A stretch of 64,000 nt of DNA from Leptogorgia sarmentosa (GCA_964658305.1 OZ210885.1:19158001-19222000); one strand, 5' to 3'; shown: positions 12,001-24,851, counted from the first letter of the stretch. Made by a program: numbers and translations. The notes: a model not told the origin generated them from the letters alone.

Positions 12001-14009
12001 AGTCAGTTTGGGAGTGTGGTATTTCGGAACCTAATCTAGTTCCTTTGATATCTTCATGTATCTAATGATATATGAATTTTATTATGGTACAATGTACTCA
12101 GGTGTAAAATGTTTAGTGATATTGCTCTGAGTGTATCTCCACACAGAGATACAACATGTGATACGACTTTTTATCCACGATATGACATCAAAATGCTAAT
12201 GAAAAAAGTCGTATCACACATTATGATGTCAATTGTTCGCCATGGCGATTTCACACATGGCTTTTTTTAAATAAATAAATAATAAAGTACTGTATATTAT
12301 TAGAAACAAACAGATATTGTGAAATATCACACTCTTGAAAAATTTTTCAGTCTGCTTGGTGTTTCAGTCAGAGTCTGCTTGGCTGCACTCAGTAATAGCA
12401 TAGCAATCTTTGTTCTCAAGCTGCAAAACTCTCCATCACTAGTTGTACCTGTTTTTTTCAAAAGAATATAAAGTAATTATTAAAAAATTCCTTACAACAA
12501 TATTTAGAGAATAAAGTACAAGGAGTTAGGGAGTACTTCTACCAACCTACAACTTTGAGACCATTTTCAGTCATCTTCTGCTTAATCTCTGAGGTTAACT
12601 CACGAACTTGCTGATCTTTCAGGGTTTGACAAGGAACAAACTTTACAGGCAGAGCATACGGCTTACAGTTCCATTTCTCATCAGAAATCATGATCACCTC
12701 CACGTGACTTGCGGCTTCCCGTTTCTTCTTAAATAAGTTTCTTGTGTATGCCTTGAAATTGGAAGCGTTATCCTTTAACATTGCTTTACAGGACTTGAAT
12801 TTGCGTTCAACATAGCATACTGTCAACTCATTAATTCCTTTTTGACAAGTTGATTTAATCGCTTGAGCATTTTCAAGGAGGGTCTGGTATTCAACAACGT
12901 CCCAATTGCGGTCTTTCAACGTTTTCACTGGGGTATTGGCTGCGTTAAACTTCTCCTTGTAGAATTTCACAGCAATTGTGAACTTTTCAGTAAGGAAGGT
13001 GACATCATTAGAAAGCTCTTTGGTACATTTAGACAGTTTGCACAAAAGGTTTTCCTTAGTTAGTTCTTTGTCGGTCAATGCTGTCATATTCTTAAGCCTT
13101 TTGTCATGCTCCTTCCTCAATTTTTCCAATGCTCCATCTCCAAGATCTACATCACCATTCCATTTTCCCTTCATCGACTCCATTAAAGCAGTTTTCACGT
13201 CTGTGCCATCAATTTTTATCCAGAATCTCCCATCAGGATTTGCTTGTTTCAGCATTTTCAATGCAGCTTCCTGGATTAACAATGAACAAAAATACACTTT
13301 GTCATATTGCAGAAATAGTAATATTATAATTGTTACAATGCACTGTATGGACAGTAAACATTGTACGACTTTATGAACATAACTTGCTGTTATTTGCACA
13401 AAACAGCTCTTGATATCAATTTTTTTCTACTAACAGAATTCAACTTCGAAGGGAACCCATAAAAAAACTGATACCAAGAGCCTTTTTCTCAAAATGATAC
13501 ACCCTGTATTTTCTTACCTGGACATGGGAGGTACTGTCAAAAGGATTGTCTTCATTCATTGTCATCTGTGTGGAGTGCGAGTATGCAGGGACATTAGTAA
13601 GAGCCTACAAGTAAGAATGACAAGTACTCAGCACAGTCTACACTGAGTACTAGGACAGATCTGATATCATTCACCTGACTTCCTAAGCCAACAAGCATGA
13701 GAAAATATATAAGCAAAACATACCTTCTGAGTATACCCTTGGTTCTCCTTAGTTTGCCCACTCCACATTGGGCCTGCAAAAAGTCTTGCAAATCTGGCAG
13801 GAAATTCTGTTATCATTGTTTCATACCATAACTGGTAGTCTTTAGGTACAACAATCTGAAAAAAGCAATATCACAACATAGGTACATGGCTGTTTGGCAA
13901 CACAATCTTAAGCAAAATGAAACTGAAATCGACCAGAAAGTATGTTTGCTTTCTTGATACACAAAACCACCTGAGCTACACCAATGCAGCACTATTACAC
14001 TAATGTCTA

Positions 14010-14274
14010 CAGAACTTGTTGACAAGCTGCAACAAGCTTGTCAATTTCATCAACTTGCAACAAGCCTGTTAAAATCAAGCTTGCTGCAAGTTGTCACCTG
14101 CAGACTTGCTGCAAGTTAATGAATCAACATGCATCAAGCTTGTTGACTCAAGCCTGTTCTCAACAACTTGCAACGAGCTTATTGACAACTTGCATCAGGC
14201 TTGTTTCTATCAAGCAGATGCAATCCATGCAAATCATCCTGATGCGGCTTGATAACAAGCCCTTGGTTGTGTAG
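14010..14274. repeat. Non-autonomous repeat built from CAACAAG/CTTGTTG/GCAAG motifs in both orientations
   Basis: Dense direct and inverted copies of the motif, ending GGTTGTGTAG; lies in an intron. Confidence 0.5.
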
Positions 14275-14992
14275 CACAGTAACAGATAACAAATCAAACA
14301 ACTGCACGGACTGTACCTGATTTATATTTACTGATGTAAAGAACTGGATTACATATTCTAACAATCCAAATGGCATGCGATCCAACTGTATAACTGGTTC
14401 CATGGGGTTGTCTGCTTTCTGTAAATTCAGCATCTGACTGAACTTGTAAACAAGATTTGGCTTGTCACTGGATGACAGTCTCTTCATAGCCTTAATAGAA
14501 TTGCTGACAAAATACTTTTGATTTGAGCATAACCCATTGCTAACTGCCAAAGACCAGAATGCCTCATCCATAAATGTCATCATTTCATCCATATGATAAT
14601 TGGTAGCAAGAGTGGATTGAATAATTGATATGATCACTTTTTTAAGGGTAGAATTTTCCTCAAAGAATATATCATTGCAGCATTTCACTTGACCCTCATT
14701 GTCAAGTGAGAGATAGAGTTCCTTTAGAACTTGCAACTTTTGAGTCTGAGTCAACACTGTCAATACTTCCAAATGTCCAGGAGTAAGTTTAAAAGTTTGT
14801 GAATTGTTCTTACCATTATTAGGAGAACACTTTCCCATGTAATAGTTCACATCTAAACCAAGTTTCAACTCTGCAGTAGCAATAGTTTGGTACTCTTGTC
14901 GCAAAACTTTGATTCTTTGTCGTATTGAATTAGCTATATAATGAAAAAATATTTCAGACCATTACGGCACAAGATTCTTCTGTAGTATCAAA

Positions 14993-15460
14993 TAGGAGTG
15001 CACCGGATAGGGATTTTTACTATCTGGCCAGATACCGGATTTCACACAGGACTAAATATTGTGATTATAATTACTCAAGATCACAGTAATGCATTCTTCT
15101 TTTCTGATTAAAATCCATTTGAAACATTAATAGGCCATGACATTTCTTTTCAATATACTGTAAGCAATTTAGAAATCGATCTCAAAACTTAAAATGCATG
15201 TATTAATTTTACATGAAGAAGTGTTTATACAAAAATCTGAGGACTGGGACTAATTTCGCTTTGTTTTATAGTTATGTCTGCTTCACCTGGAATTATGACT
15301 ATGTCAAAATAAAGATTTACTCAGAGTATAAATGTATAAATGAAAGGACGCAATAAAAAATATCGGGTATCCGGCCAGATTCTACAAAATATCCGACCGG
15401 AAAGCCAGATAATGGAATTTTTCTATTATTCGGCCAGATAACATATCTGGTGCACCACTA
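14993..15460. mobile_element. hAT-like MITE, decayed
   Basis: TAGGAGTGCACCGGATA ... TATCTGGTGCACCACTA with subterminal CCGGATA/CCAGATA motifs; TSD not preserved. Confidence 0.6.
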
Positions 15461-16746
15461 GAATTAGGGATGAATAGGTTATTGATATGGGAATTCATTT
15501 TAGACTTCACATTATGTTCTTCCAATGCCTAAAATTTGAGTATTCTTGTATTTGCTAAAAAAAATACACACAAGAATATTTTCATTTAGTACTCACATTG
15601 TCTTTCACAACTGCCTGTAACACTGCCTGCAATGAACTTGGCAGCATTCAACCAATATGGATGATTTGACTTCATACATGGCCATTCATTGTCAGTAGGT
15701 TGCAAATCCTTGTGTAGGGCAATGAACTGCACCAGAGAACAATCCTCCTTCGGAGTCCAAGCAATCTTTGATTTTCGCTTTGGTGAAAACGTTTGATGTC
15801 TGGGGGAATTCAATGCTTTTCGTCCTACCAGAAGACGAGGGGATTTCTACAATAAAAAAATTTCACAATTACATAACCTTTAATGAAGAAAACTGACAGT
15901 AGTGTTGCATTATTACTTGCCAGTTGCCAACTACATTGTTTGCAAATTATTTTACTATAACTTACATTTGATGATGTTGATGCTCTTTCCGAAAATGACA
16001 AACATTTCGATGTTTTTCTCGAGTGGCGGTGGCACTTGGAGCAACCTTTTTTTTTGGTGGTTTTTGAGGAGTATTTCCAGATGAAACATGGCCTCTCTTT
16101 GTCAAAATTGGCTCAGCACTTTCCTTTTAACAAAGATAACAACGCCTGATGACTATATACAAAACCTGACGAAGAATAGGTTGTTATGCTCAATTTCCTA
16201 CTTTCATAAGGCAATAACATGACTAAACTTGACCTTTTGTGAACTTTTATATTGAGCATATTTGCCGTGGGGCTCTTAGGGGCTCTTTAGTAGTTTAAGT
16301 TCCACCAATGTTAAACGAATAAAACGATACTATCCGTGGACTTAGAGCCCACATGGACTGCGAGTAATTTGCAATTCAAATTAGTGCTTTTCACATGCCA
16401 AGTCAAAGCAGTAATTATTCTTGCGACCTCGCACTTCAATGAATAATTTATAAAACTGTACATACACAATGTCAAAACTCTATGAATGAAGATATTATTT
16501 ATAGCTTATATTGTCTATAAATAAGAAAAAACACCTACCATGTCAATGACAACAGGTCAAATACAAGCGTCCTTGTTAGAGCATATATTGCATTTTCTTG
16601 CCGCCATTTTTGTTTGGTCCCGCTTAGAAGGAAATATCGCGCAATGCATGACGGTATAAGCGGTCAGTCCTCCTTTATATCATATCATAGGCCTGCCGGA
16701 CAGATTATTTCAACAATCTATCGAAACAGGGCTTCTACTTGCAGTC

Positions 16747-16887
16747 ATGTTTAGCCACGGTAAGGCAAAACTGAGAAAAGTAGAATGTTCGGTGTGTCAT
16801 ATGACTTTTGATAGCGACTACAGAAAGAAGCACAACGACAAGTACCACAGCGAAATGATAAAAGCTCATCGTCACATCCCCTACAAG
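16747..16887 (+). pseudogene. Probable N-terminal zinc-finger exon of the hAT transposase that resumes at ~23644
   Basis: KVECSVCHMTFDSDYRKKHNDKYH (C2H2/BED-like), then an abrupt switch to A/C-rich Penelope sequence. Confidence 0.5.
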
Positions 16888-17505
16888 CTAGAGGTACAAG
16901 CTACAAGCTCCCCTACTGAACAACCTGAACGAAAAACAAATAAAAACACAAAATACCCTGGAAAACCTGACAACGCACAAAACCGACGGGACGGGACGCT
17001 ACCCAACAACTTAAACAAAACGACTGAGTGCCACATCATTCTCGACGACGACTTACGCCAACGATGGGTGAAAGCATCCAGGGATACCACCAACAAGCAA
17101 CTCGACATACTAATAGAACAACATGAACGGAAACTTACTAACACAACAGAAAAAATTACACATGCCACCAATCGTATTACGGACAATGTAGAAGATAAAC
17201 AACATACAAGACAAATCTTACAACGAGCCGATGAAATGCATAAACGCTTCTCGGCAAAATGGCTATCCAAACACAACGCTCAACGTAAAAAGACGAACAA
17301 ACAACTAAAACGACTTACACACAAACAACAACAAAAGAAAAACAAAACTCTGACTAACCGCAGCACCACACAACAAACCACGCCAATACGACCGCACCAA
17401 ACACAAACTCCTACACCAAGGCCACACCTTATCCACAAACCATCACAAACAGCAACCCAATCTACACATCGCAACGACCTCACTATACACAAACACCCAT
17501 AAATA

Positions 17506-18559
17506 CAGGGGGTTGCCAAAAAAAAAGAGCCCCCCTATTTAAAAAGGGCTTTTTGTGTAAATGTAGACGCACATGCGGTATGGATAAAATATATTGCCTC
17601 ACAAGCATTCAACAAAAAGTTCGTGCTAAAAGTGATGGGTTTCAGCCAATCTCGCTGTAATCAGTGTGAAACTGTTGCCATCGAGGAAGCAAATGAGAAG
17701 AAAGGGCTAAGAAGAAGATAGGTAGAAACCTTCAAAATTGGACTCACCCCGTGCTAGACGCGAGTGCTTGGAAAGTAGCAACGAATATAGACTCAGCTAT
17801 TCTTGGGCAAAAAAAGTCGTATGAAGGAAAGTGAGAGTGCTGGATGAATGCCAGGTTCTGGAACACCGCACAAGACAAGGATTCATGAAGACAGGCTTTT
17901 GATGAGAGAGGCTGTTAAGAGATTATCAACTCTCGAATGCTCGCCCAAATATCGCTGATCTCGCCCAGCAACTAGTAAAGCGCACATATATGTAACCAAA
18001 TATCACCATGGACTAAAACGCCGCCTCTGCCAAAAATAAACCGAAAAATTTAATTCAAACAATCTTCAGTCCGATTACTCCAGGGAGATAACTTAATATG
18101 GCAGCATGACAAGGACTCCCAGGAACGATTCGTATTGTGGAATATTATCTGAGGAATCAATTTCAATTGAAAATTGAAGTGTTCTTTTGCTAACACAAAG
18201 CCCAGCTAGACCTCAATCCCATTGAGAATTTGTTGCGGAGCCAGGAGAGAAGACTAGATATGAAATGTTCATCTCGAATTGAGGAGTAGTTATTTGAGGA
18301 GTCAGGGTTGGAAGAATAACAACCATGAATACGTTCATAAACTTGTGTAGAACATCCTTGGGGGCAGTCCACAGATCATCAAAGGTTGCGGATATCATAT
18401 TGCTTACCAAATGTTGTGTTCTTAGAGTGAAATAGGACTATTTCTCTACATCTCATTTGTCGTGCAATCCTTTTTTTACGACATAAGGAATATGACTTGT
18501 ATAAACCTTGTTTATTTCTGTGTGAGACAAGGGGGCTCTTTTTTTTTGGCAACCCCCTG
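17506..18559 (+). mobile_element. Deleted Tc1/mariner element
   Basis: TA|CAGGGGGTTGCCAAAAAAAAAGAGCCCCC ... GGGGGCTCTTTTTTTTTGGCAACCCCCTG|TA; remnant DLNPIENL motif at ~18209-18232. Confidence 0.88.
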
Positions 18560-18819
18560 TACACCATCCCAATTTCCTTCAAACAACATTACGAGTACAC
18601 ATCCTTCAATCACTAACCACATTCAACAACAGATACAAAGTTTTATCCAACCGACACATCTCCTGAACTACCTCCGACAGAACCAGAAAAACAACAACCG
18701 AAAATAACAGTAACAAAAGCAAAACTACTCACACACCTACAGAAAAAACGAAACCAAAACGGAAACAGACACAAAACAAAAAAACAACTATTCAGTAAAG
18801 TTCAGAAACAAAGAACAGG

Positions 18820-20570
18820 AGACAATGTAATCAACTTGTCAAATGTTGAGGTCTCGGATGCTACTAACAGCATATTAAACAAGGGGCTGTCCTTTGCCCC
18901 TAAACCAAGACCAACTGACTACCATACCATCTATACATCATACCTCCAATACCATTACCGACAGCCACAAACAAACTATACTAAACACCCTTTCAGACCA
19001 AAAAGTGACTTCACACCACCACTACCGGATAATACAAACCTCCTGGAATATATGTCCAGCGTTTTATTTGAACTTAAAACTCTCCACGAACCAAACCCTA
19101 AAACCTATATACCCAACAACAACATATCAAAGGCCGAAAAACAAGCTCTTAAAGCACTATCCAACAATGAGCAAATTATAGTGAAACCAGCTGACAAAGG
19201 GGGCGCTATAGTCCTCTGGCCCAGAGAATCCTATCTGGCAGAGGCAAACAACCAACTGAGCGACACACATAACTACAAACCAATCAATCTAGACCCATTT
19301 CCTCAACTGATCACTAATATAAATGACACAATCAAAACATTTTCAACAACAAACTCATTGACTATACAACATACAAATTTCTAACTATTGATAAAACAAT
19401 CAGGAAGCCTTCACTATACTTGCTTCCAAAAATACACAAACCTGATGTGCCAGGAAGACCTATAATCTCCGGATGTGAAGGTCCTACCGCCAGGTTATCA
19501 CAATTTGTAGACATTTATCTCAAGCCACTCATACAACACATACCATCGTATGTCAAAGACTCGACCGACTTTCTCAAACGCATCTTTAAACTCAACGAAA
19601 CACTACCGAAGGACCATATACTCATCACGATAGACGTGAAAAGTCTATACATGAACATACCGAACAAAGAGGGAATTGACGCCTCCATTACACAATTGAT
19701 AAAACACGACACGACGGAAATCAACACAGAAATGATCCAAAAAATTCTTGAACTAATACTGGGGAACAACTACTTTCAATTCTACAATAAATACTATCTA
19801 CAAACGCACGGGACTGCTATGGGAACACCCATGGCTGTTTCGTACGCGAATATATTCATGGCCACCCTAGAAGGTAAAATCCTCAGCAATGCACCAGAAA
19901 GCCTGATACCTCTTGAATGGATCAGATTTCTGGATGACATTTTTGCTATATGGTGCCCTGGTGAAACATCCCTAATACGATTCCTCCAATACATGAATGA
20001 CTCACACCCCACCATCAAATTTGAGTATGAATACTCATCCCAAACCGTACATTTCCTGGACACAAAAATATACGTCAACGAACAATACAAACTAGAATCT
20101 GACATTTACATCAAACCAACCGATAAAACAATGTTACTCCACAACACCTCTTTCCACCCAAACTCCTGCAAACTTGGAATAATACAAAGCCAGGCACTGC
20201 GTTACAGGAGACTAATCACAAACGACAACCTATTACACAACCAACTAGAACGACTTAAAATCATCTTAATGACCAGAGGATACAAAGGTCATAATATCGA
20301 TCAGGCCTTCGAAAAGGCCACACAACAAATACTTTACAGTGACAAATCCACTAAAACGCGAAACCGACTAACATTTAACATTCCCTTCAACGATAACACG
20401 ACACACATTTGACAAATTCTCAAAAAACACTGGTACCTAATAGAAAGGGACCCAACACTCCAAATATTATGGCCAGACATACCTATGGTTGCATTCAAAC
20501 GCAATAAAAATATCAAAGACATACTGGTTAAAAGCAAACTTAAAAAGACTGGAGATGAACTCAGCGACTA
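18820..20570 (+). pseudogene. Penelope-like reverse transcriptase
   Basis: VINLS..LNKGLSFAP, IVKPADKGGAIV, LPKIHKPDVPGRPIIS, DVKSLY, GTAMGT, WIRFLDDIF, YIKPTD; ends AFKRNKNIKDILVKSKL..; frameshift ~19380 and TGA at 20410. Confidence 0.92.
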
Positions 20571-20997
20571 ACTTAGCATACTACCAAATCTACCCAGTTA
20601 CTATACTAGTCAGGCTTCCTCAAACAACAAAGACCATATATCAAGACTAAGACACTTACGCGCCGGATTTATGGGGAGAAGACGAACAAAACCCGAACAC
20701 TGGTATAACATTATTGACACCACAAAGGATATTAATATTACGTACCCCTGGAAAAGTTTTCGCGAGGCGAAAGATAATGGAACATTGCAACGATGCAACA
20801 TCCAATATCCAGATTTGTAAACCAACCCAGGTTCCCAATTTGTAGTACTAACTGTATAATCCCCCAATTTGTAATCTCCTAACCCATAATATATAAATAA
20901 TCTGCATAAATAACCACTGGGAATATAGCCAAAAAACATCCGATTTGGTCCTACAACTAACGTACACACGTGTACGTATCTCTATGTGTATATATTT

Positions 20998-21292
20998 AAC
21001 AATTAGATTACTCGCTCTCGATTTCTATGAGGTGATAGTTGATGAGGGCGAAGCCCGAATCAACTATCATCTCGTAGAAATCGAGAGCGAGTAATCTAAT
21101 TGTTTTAGTAGAATCAGAGATCAAACATGAAAATATTGCAAAAAATCATTTGAAACCGCGTCTCAGAAGACATTTTCTTGAACGAAAATTCACATATTTT
21201 GCTACTCGCTATCTATCGAGGAATAGATAGCGAGTAGAGTAGCCAATCAAATTGCAGCATTTGCAATAGTATACGAGTATGATTCTACTAAA
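20998..21292. repeat. Hairpin-headed non-autonomous repeat (possibly Crypton-type)
   Basis: ~46-bp stem at 20998-21104, followed by a second inverted pair TTTAGTAGAATCA/TGATTCTACTAAA; TA-rich flanks. Confidence 0.6.
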
Positions 21293-21395
21293 TATATATA
21301 TATATTATATATTGGGTCGGAACTACGCGTATGTATAATGCTGTACATACTCCCAGCATCCATGTATATCTCCGGTGTATTCCAATTCCCTTATA

Positions 21396-22167
21396 CAGGG
21401 TGTATCAAAAAAAAGTTTACTCGCGAAAAATGTCTTTTAGGCCGAAGCGCACGCACCCCATTGCAAACCATTGGTATATCTAAGTAGTTTGAGCCCTTTG
21501 GATACATCCTACACTAAAAGTTTGCAGAAAACGACCATTTTACGACTACGAAAAGTGTTATAAAAAGCCGTAGTAAAAATAGCTTGCGCGAAAAAAATGT
21601 GAGGCGAAAAATGCAATTTGATTTGACAGCCTAAATCTATCGAACAAGTTTCATAAGTTATTCAAGTTTTGAGAAATTTGGTGCACGCTGAGACGAACGT
21701 GCGATGTCCGAAAACTGGATTTTCCGCAATTTCTTCGCGTGATTACGTACCTTTGGGAATTAGCTTGCAATTTGCATTGGTAATTAATGCAAATATCACA
21801 TTATTCATAAATTAATCGGTAAATACGCAGGAAAGAACGCAAAATCCAGTTTTCGGACATCGCACGTTCGTCTCAGCGTGCACCAAATTTCTCAAAACTT
21901 GAATAACTTATGAAACTTGTTCGATAAATTTAAGCTGTCAAATCAAATTGCATTTTTCGCCTCACATTTTTTCGCGCAAGCCATTTTTACTACGGCTTTT
22001 TATAACACTTTTCGTAGTCGTAAAATGGTCGTTTTCTGCAAACTTTTAGTGTAGGATGTATCCGAAGGGCTTAAACTACTTAGATATACCAATGGTTTGC
22101 AATGGGGTGCGTGCGCTTCGGCCTAAAAGACATTTTTCGCGAGTAAACTTTTTTTTGATACACCCTG
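21396..22167. mobile_element. Fold-back Tc1/mariner-type MITE (772 bp)
   Basis: TA|CAGGGTGTATCAAAAAAAAGTTTACTCGCG ... |TA; near-perfect ~330-bp arms around a ~115-bp spacer. Confidence 0.92.
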
Positions 22168-22918
22168 TATATAAAATAATACCTATAAGGGTGGTTATAA
22201 ATACATTATAAATAAAAATCTTATAGTAATAATTTTCATATACGTGAATATGTGTATAATAGTGTACATATAAATGTATGTAGGTATGTAAGATGTAGGT
22301 GCTTCGCACATATATAACAGACCTTGTACAAATAATTTTTGTAACATCCATATGTATAGATATAAAAATGTATAGATATATACACAATTGTATTGTGTAT
22401 ATGTGTGTGTAATATATATATACTTATGTAACATTACTCAAACAATAGGTATTGACACTATATGTATATATGTGTGTATATATATCGGATCTGCCTAATC
22501 GGTAAAAGGGTGGTGTTGACAAATAGTTCACAGACACTCATCCTACTAATCAAAAGAACCATCTACTAATGCACATTTCAAACACCCCCCGTCAATCACA
22601 TCCAACTAGCACATGTACAATATCCAACGCTATCATATATAATGACGTCACGACATGTACCAATATAATACCTGAGATATACCAATTGCTCATCTGCTCT
22701 CGCATACGCGAACATTTAACACAACACCAAACGTTGTACTTCACTGTGAATTAGTTTTACATCTAACTGATATTATGGCTGGAAGATATGGGCTACCACG
22801 CAATACATCATTCTGTGAGTTTTTTCTTTTTTTTCCCCCCCGTAAACTGGTTAATCCATACCACACCCACCATCATCATATACACAAAACTAAAAAGAAC
22901 AACAACCAACAGAAAAGC

Positions 22919-22958
22919 CCCTCCTGATGAAGGTCTTAGGACCGAAACGCGTCGAGGG
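22919..22958 (+). ncRNA. Minimal type I hammerhead ribozyme
   Basis: CCCTC-CTGATGA-A-GGTC(TTAG)GACC-GAAA-CGCG-TC-GAGGG: conserved core, stem I CCCTC/GAGGG, stem II GGTC/GACC, palindromic short stem III; predicted cleavage after 22953; AATAAA ~20 nt downstream. Confidence 0.88.
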
Positions 22959-23313
22959 CCTAAAAATTACATTAACAAATAAAACTCGTCCGTGATTGAT
23001 TATATTCATAATCTCGCCAATATTCTTCAAAAGTAAGGTCTATCCTAGACTCTTTGAATTATATGATGGCCTAGCTCAACATACAGATATGTTGAGTTCT
23101 GAACTATACAACCATATCCACAATCCCTTCCTCTCACCATTTATAGTTTTATTTTTCATATTTTTCACGTTTTTAATTGTGTGCACGTGGAATGTATATA
23201 ATATGTGTGTATTCGTGCTATATGCGTGTCTTCCTATAAAACACCTCGCAGGACGGTCTTATAATATAGACCCTGCGCGAATGTTGTGTTTTGCCATACA
23301 ACAGCTATACAAC

Positions 23314-23643
23314 AGATGAGGTCAAACAAATACCTACAACATCGGTTAAAGGAAAGTCCAATAGGACCCTTTGAATTTCAGTTCAACAATGAACGTTCCC
23401 TAGGGAACCTATTAGTACCATATTAACCACCGAAAACGCCCCGTGGAGGTCCAATTACCTATCGTTATAATACAAAAAAGATGAGATCAAACAAATACCT
23501 ACAACATCGGTTAAAGGAAAGTCCAATAGGACCCTTTGAATTTCAGTTCAACAATGAACGTTCCCTAGGGAACCTATGAGTACCACATTAACCACCGAAA
23601 ATGCCCTGTGGAGGTCCAATTACCTATCTTTATAATACAAAAA
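23314..23643 (+). repeat. 165-bp tandem duplication
   Basis: AGATGAG(G/A)TCAAACAAATACC...TATAATACAAAAA at 23314-23478 and 23479-23643. Confidence 0.9.
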
Positions 23644-24830
23644 CCAAAGACCACGGTTCCTGAAACTGCGAGCGAGCAAACAACCTCCACTGCGCCACAG
23701 TTTGAGTCATGTCGTAAACACGCAGAAGGTTGTACCTCCACTGAGTCCGAGCCACAGTCTGAGCCATCTCCGAGCGAGCAATCCACCTCCACTGCGCCAC
23801 AGTCTGAACCAACTCCGACTCCGAGCAAGCAATCAACCTCTACTGAGCCTCAGTAAACCCGTGTAGTAAACCCGCAGAAGAATCCACTTCAAATGTTGCA
23901 GACTTAACACCAAATCCACCACCATCAGTGCCTAAGCATGGCGAGAGAAGTGCGGCTGATGATGATACAGATGACACAATGGTTGAGAAAACCGATGGAG
24001 GTAAAAACGAGGAATCTGATGAAAGTGATATTACGATATCGGTATGGCTCGAATCACTAGGGAAGTATCCTACTATTCCTGCGAACTACCGGGACATTAA
24101 CATAAATGCCGCTGTACGGGCCGAAATAGTGAGGTATGGCCCTTGCCAGCCTGAGGGACCATTCCCAAAAGATGACCAGGGTCACAGTTTCCATCAGGAA
24201 TGGTATCGAAACAATGATGTTCACAGTGATTGGCTTGTGTACTCAATGAAGGAGAACGCTATGTTTTGCTTTTGTTGCTGGCTATTCCCTTGCAAATCGT
24301 CTAAGACGTATGAAAACAACTGGAGTGAGGTTGGAGTTGCCAACTTCAAGAAAGGCTTAGAAAAAGTCAGCATGCATGAGAATTCCCTGCTTCATTGCAC
24401 TAGTCTTGCTAGATGCTCACCTGCAGAAATTACTTCAAGATGAACGAGAGAAAACGCTGCAGGTTCGCTTGTTCACATGGCAAACGAAAATTCGTGAAGC
24501 AAGTACACTTCCCCACAGATCCAGAATGAAATTATCGATTCTATTGCCAGGGTCATCAGGGAAAACATTATATCAGAAATCGATACTGCTAAGTATTTTT
24601 GCATCATTCTGGACACTACTCCTGATGTTGCACATATCGACCAGCTGGCGTTTTCGATCAGATATGTTTGTGGTGGAAAACCCATCGAACGGTTTCTTTG
24701 TTTTGATGAGATGTCAGGTTCGAAAGCCGTTGATTTTCGCGACAAAAATAATTGCTTGATCTGTTAAAACGTTTCAATTTGAGCACTGAGTTCATTTGAG
24801 GGCAAGTGATGGATGGTTGTTCTACAATGT
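23644..24830 (+). pseudogene. ZMYM1-like hAT transposase fragment (TTF-type zinc finger + DUF4371)
   Basis: S/T/E/P repeats; SFHQEWY..WLVYS..MFCFCCWLF; in another frame YTSPQIQNEII..FCIILDTTPDVAHIDQL; GQVMDGCSTM; 3'-truncated. Confidence 0.85.
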
Positions 24831-24851
24831 TCTACAATGTAAAAGGTAGAA

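Larger units (their letters stand above)
10975..16606 (-). pseudogene. Multi-exon putative DDE transposase (P-element-like motifs) with N-terminal Myb/SANT-like exon
   Basis: Exon pieces: WTPKEDCSLVQFI..YWLNAAKFI (15586..15813); 14179..14904; FWIKIDGTD..YALPV..GLKVVG (12539..13399) spliced to TTSDGEF (12448); EHPRAVGTDDSETFFGIVHR (11603..11890); 11079..11342. Confidence 0.6.
9339..16675 (-). mobile_element. Unclassified ~7.3-kb TIR DNA transposon with two convergent spliced genes
   Basis: Perfect inverted repeat ATATAAAGGAGGACTGACCGCTTATACCGTCATGC at 9334-9368 and 16646-16680, consistent with a 30-bp TIR plus TA/TATA TSD in a TA-rich site. Confidence 0.85.
16888..23643 (+). mobile_element. 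Penelope-like retroelement with long 3' region, interrupted by three insertions
   Basis: A/C-skewed ORF, PLE-type RT and downstream hammerhead ribozyme; boundaries inferred from the flanking hAT pieces. Confidence 0.7.

Noticed and set aside
16747..17502. 251-aa ORF as one gene
   Set aside because: Appears to be a chance in-frame fusion of a zinc-finger start with Penelope-derived A/C-rich sequence.
20410..20412. In-frame TGA in the Penelope ORF as selenocysteine (Naiad-like)
   Set aside because: Single TGA at a position with no sign of being a conserved Cys, in a copy that also has a frameshift; no SECIS identified.
22076..23319. Tyr/Ile-rich ORFs in the track (22076..22387, 22195..22434, 22996..23319)
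   Set aside because: Products of TA-rich low-complexity sequence and MITE arms; no domain motifs.
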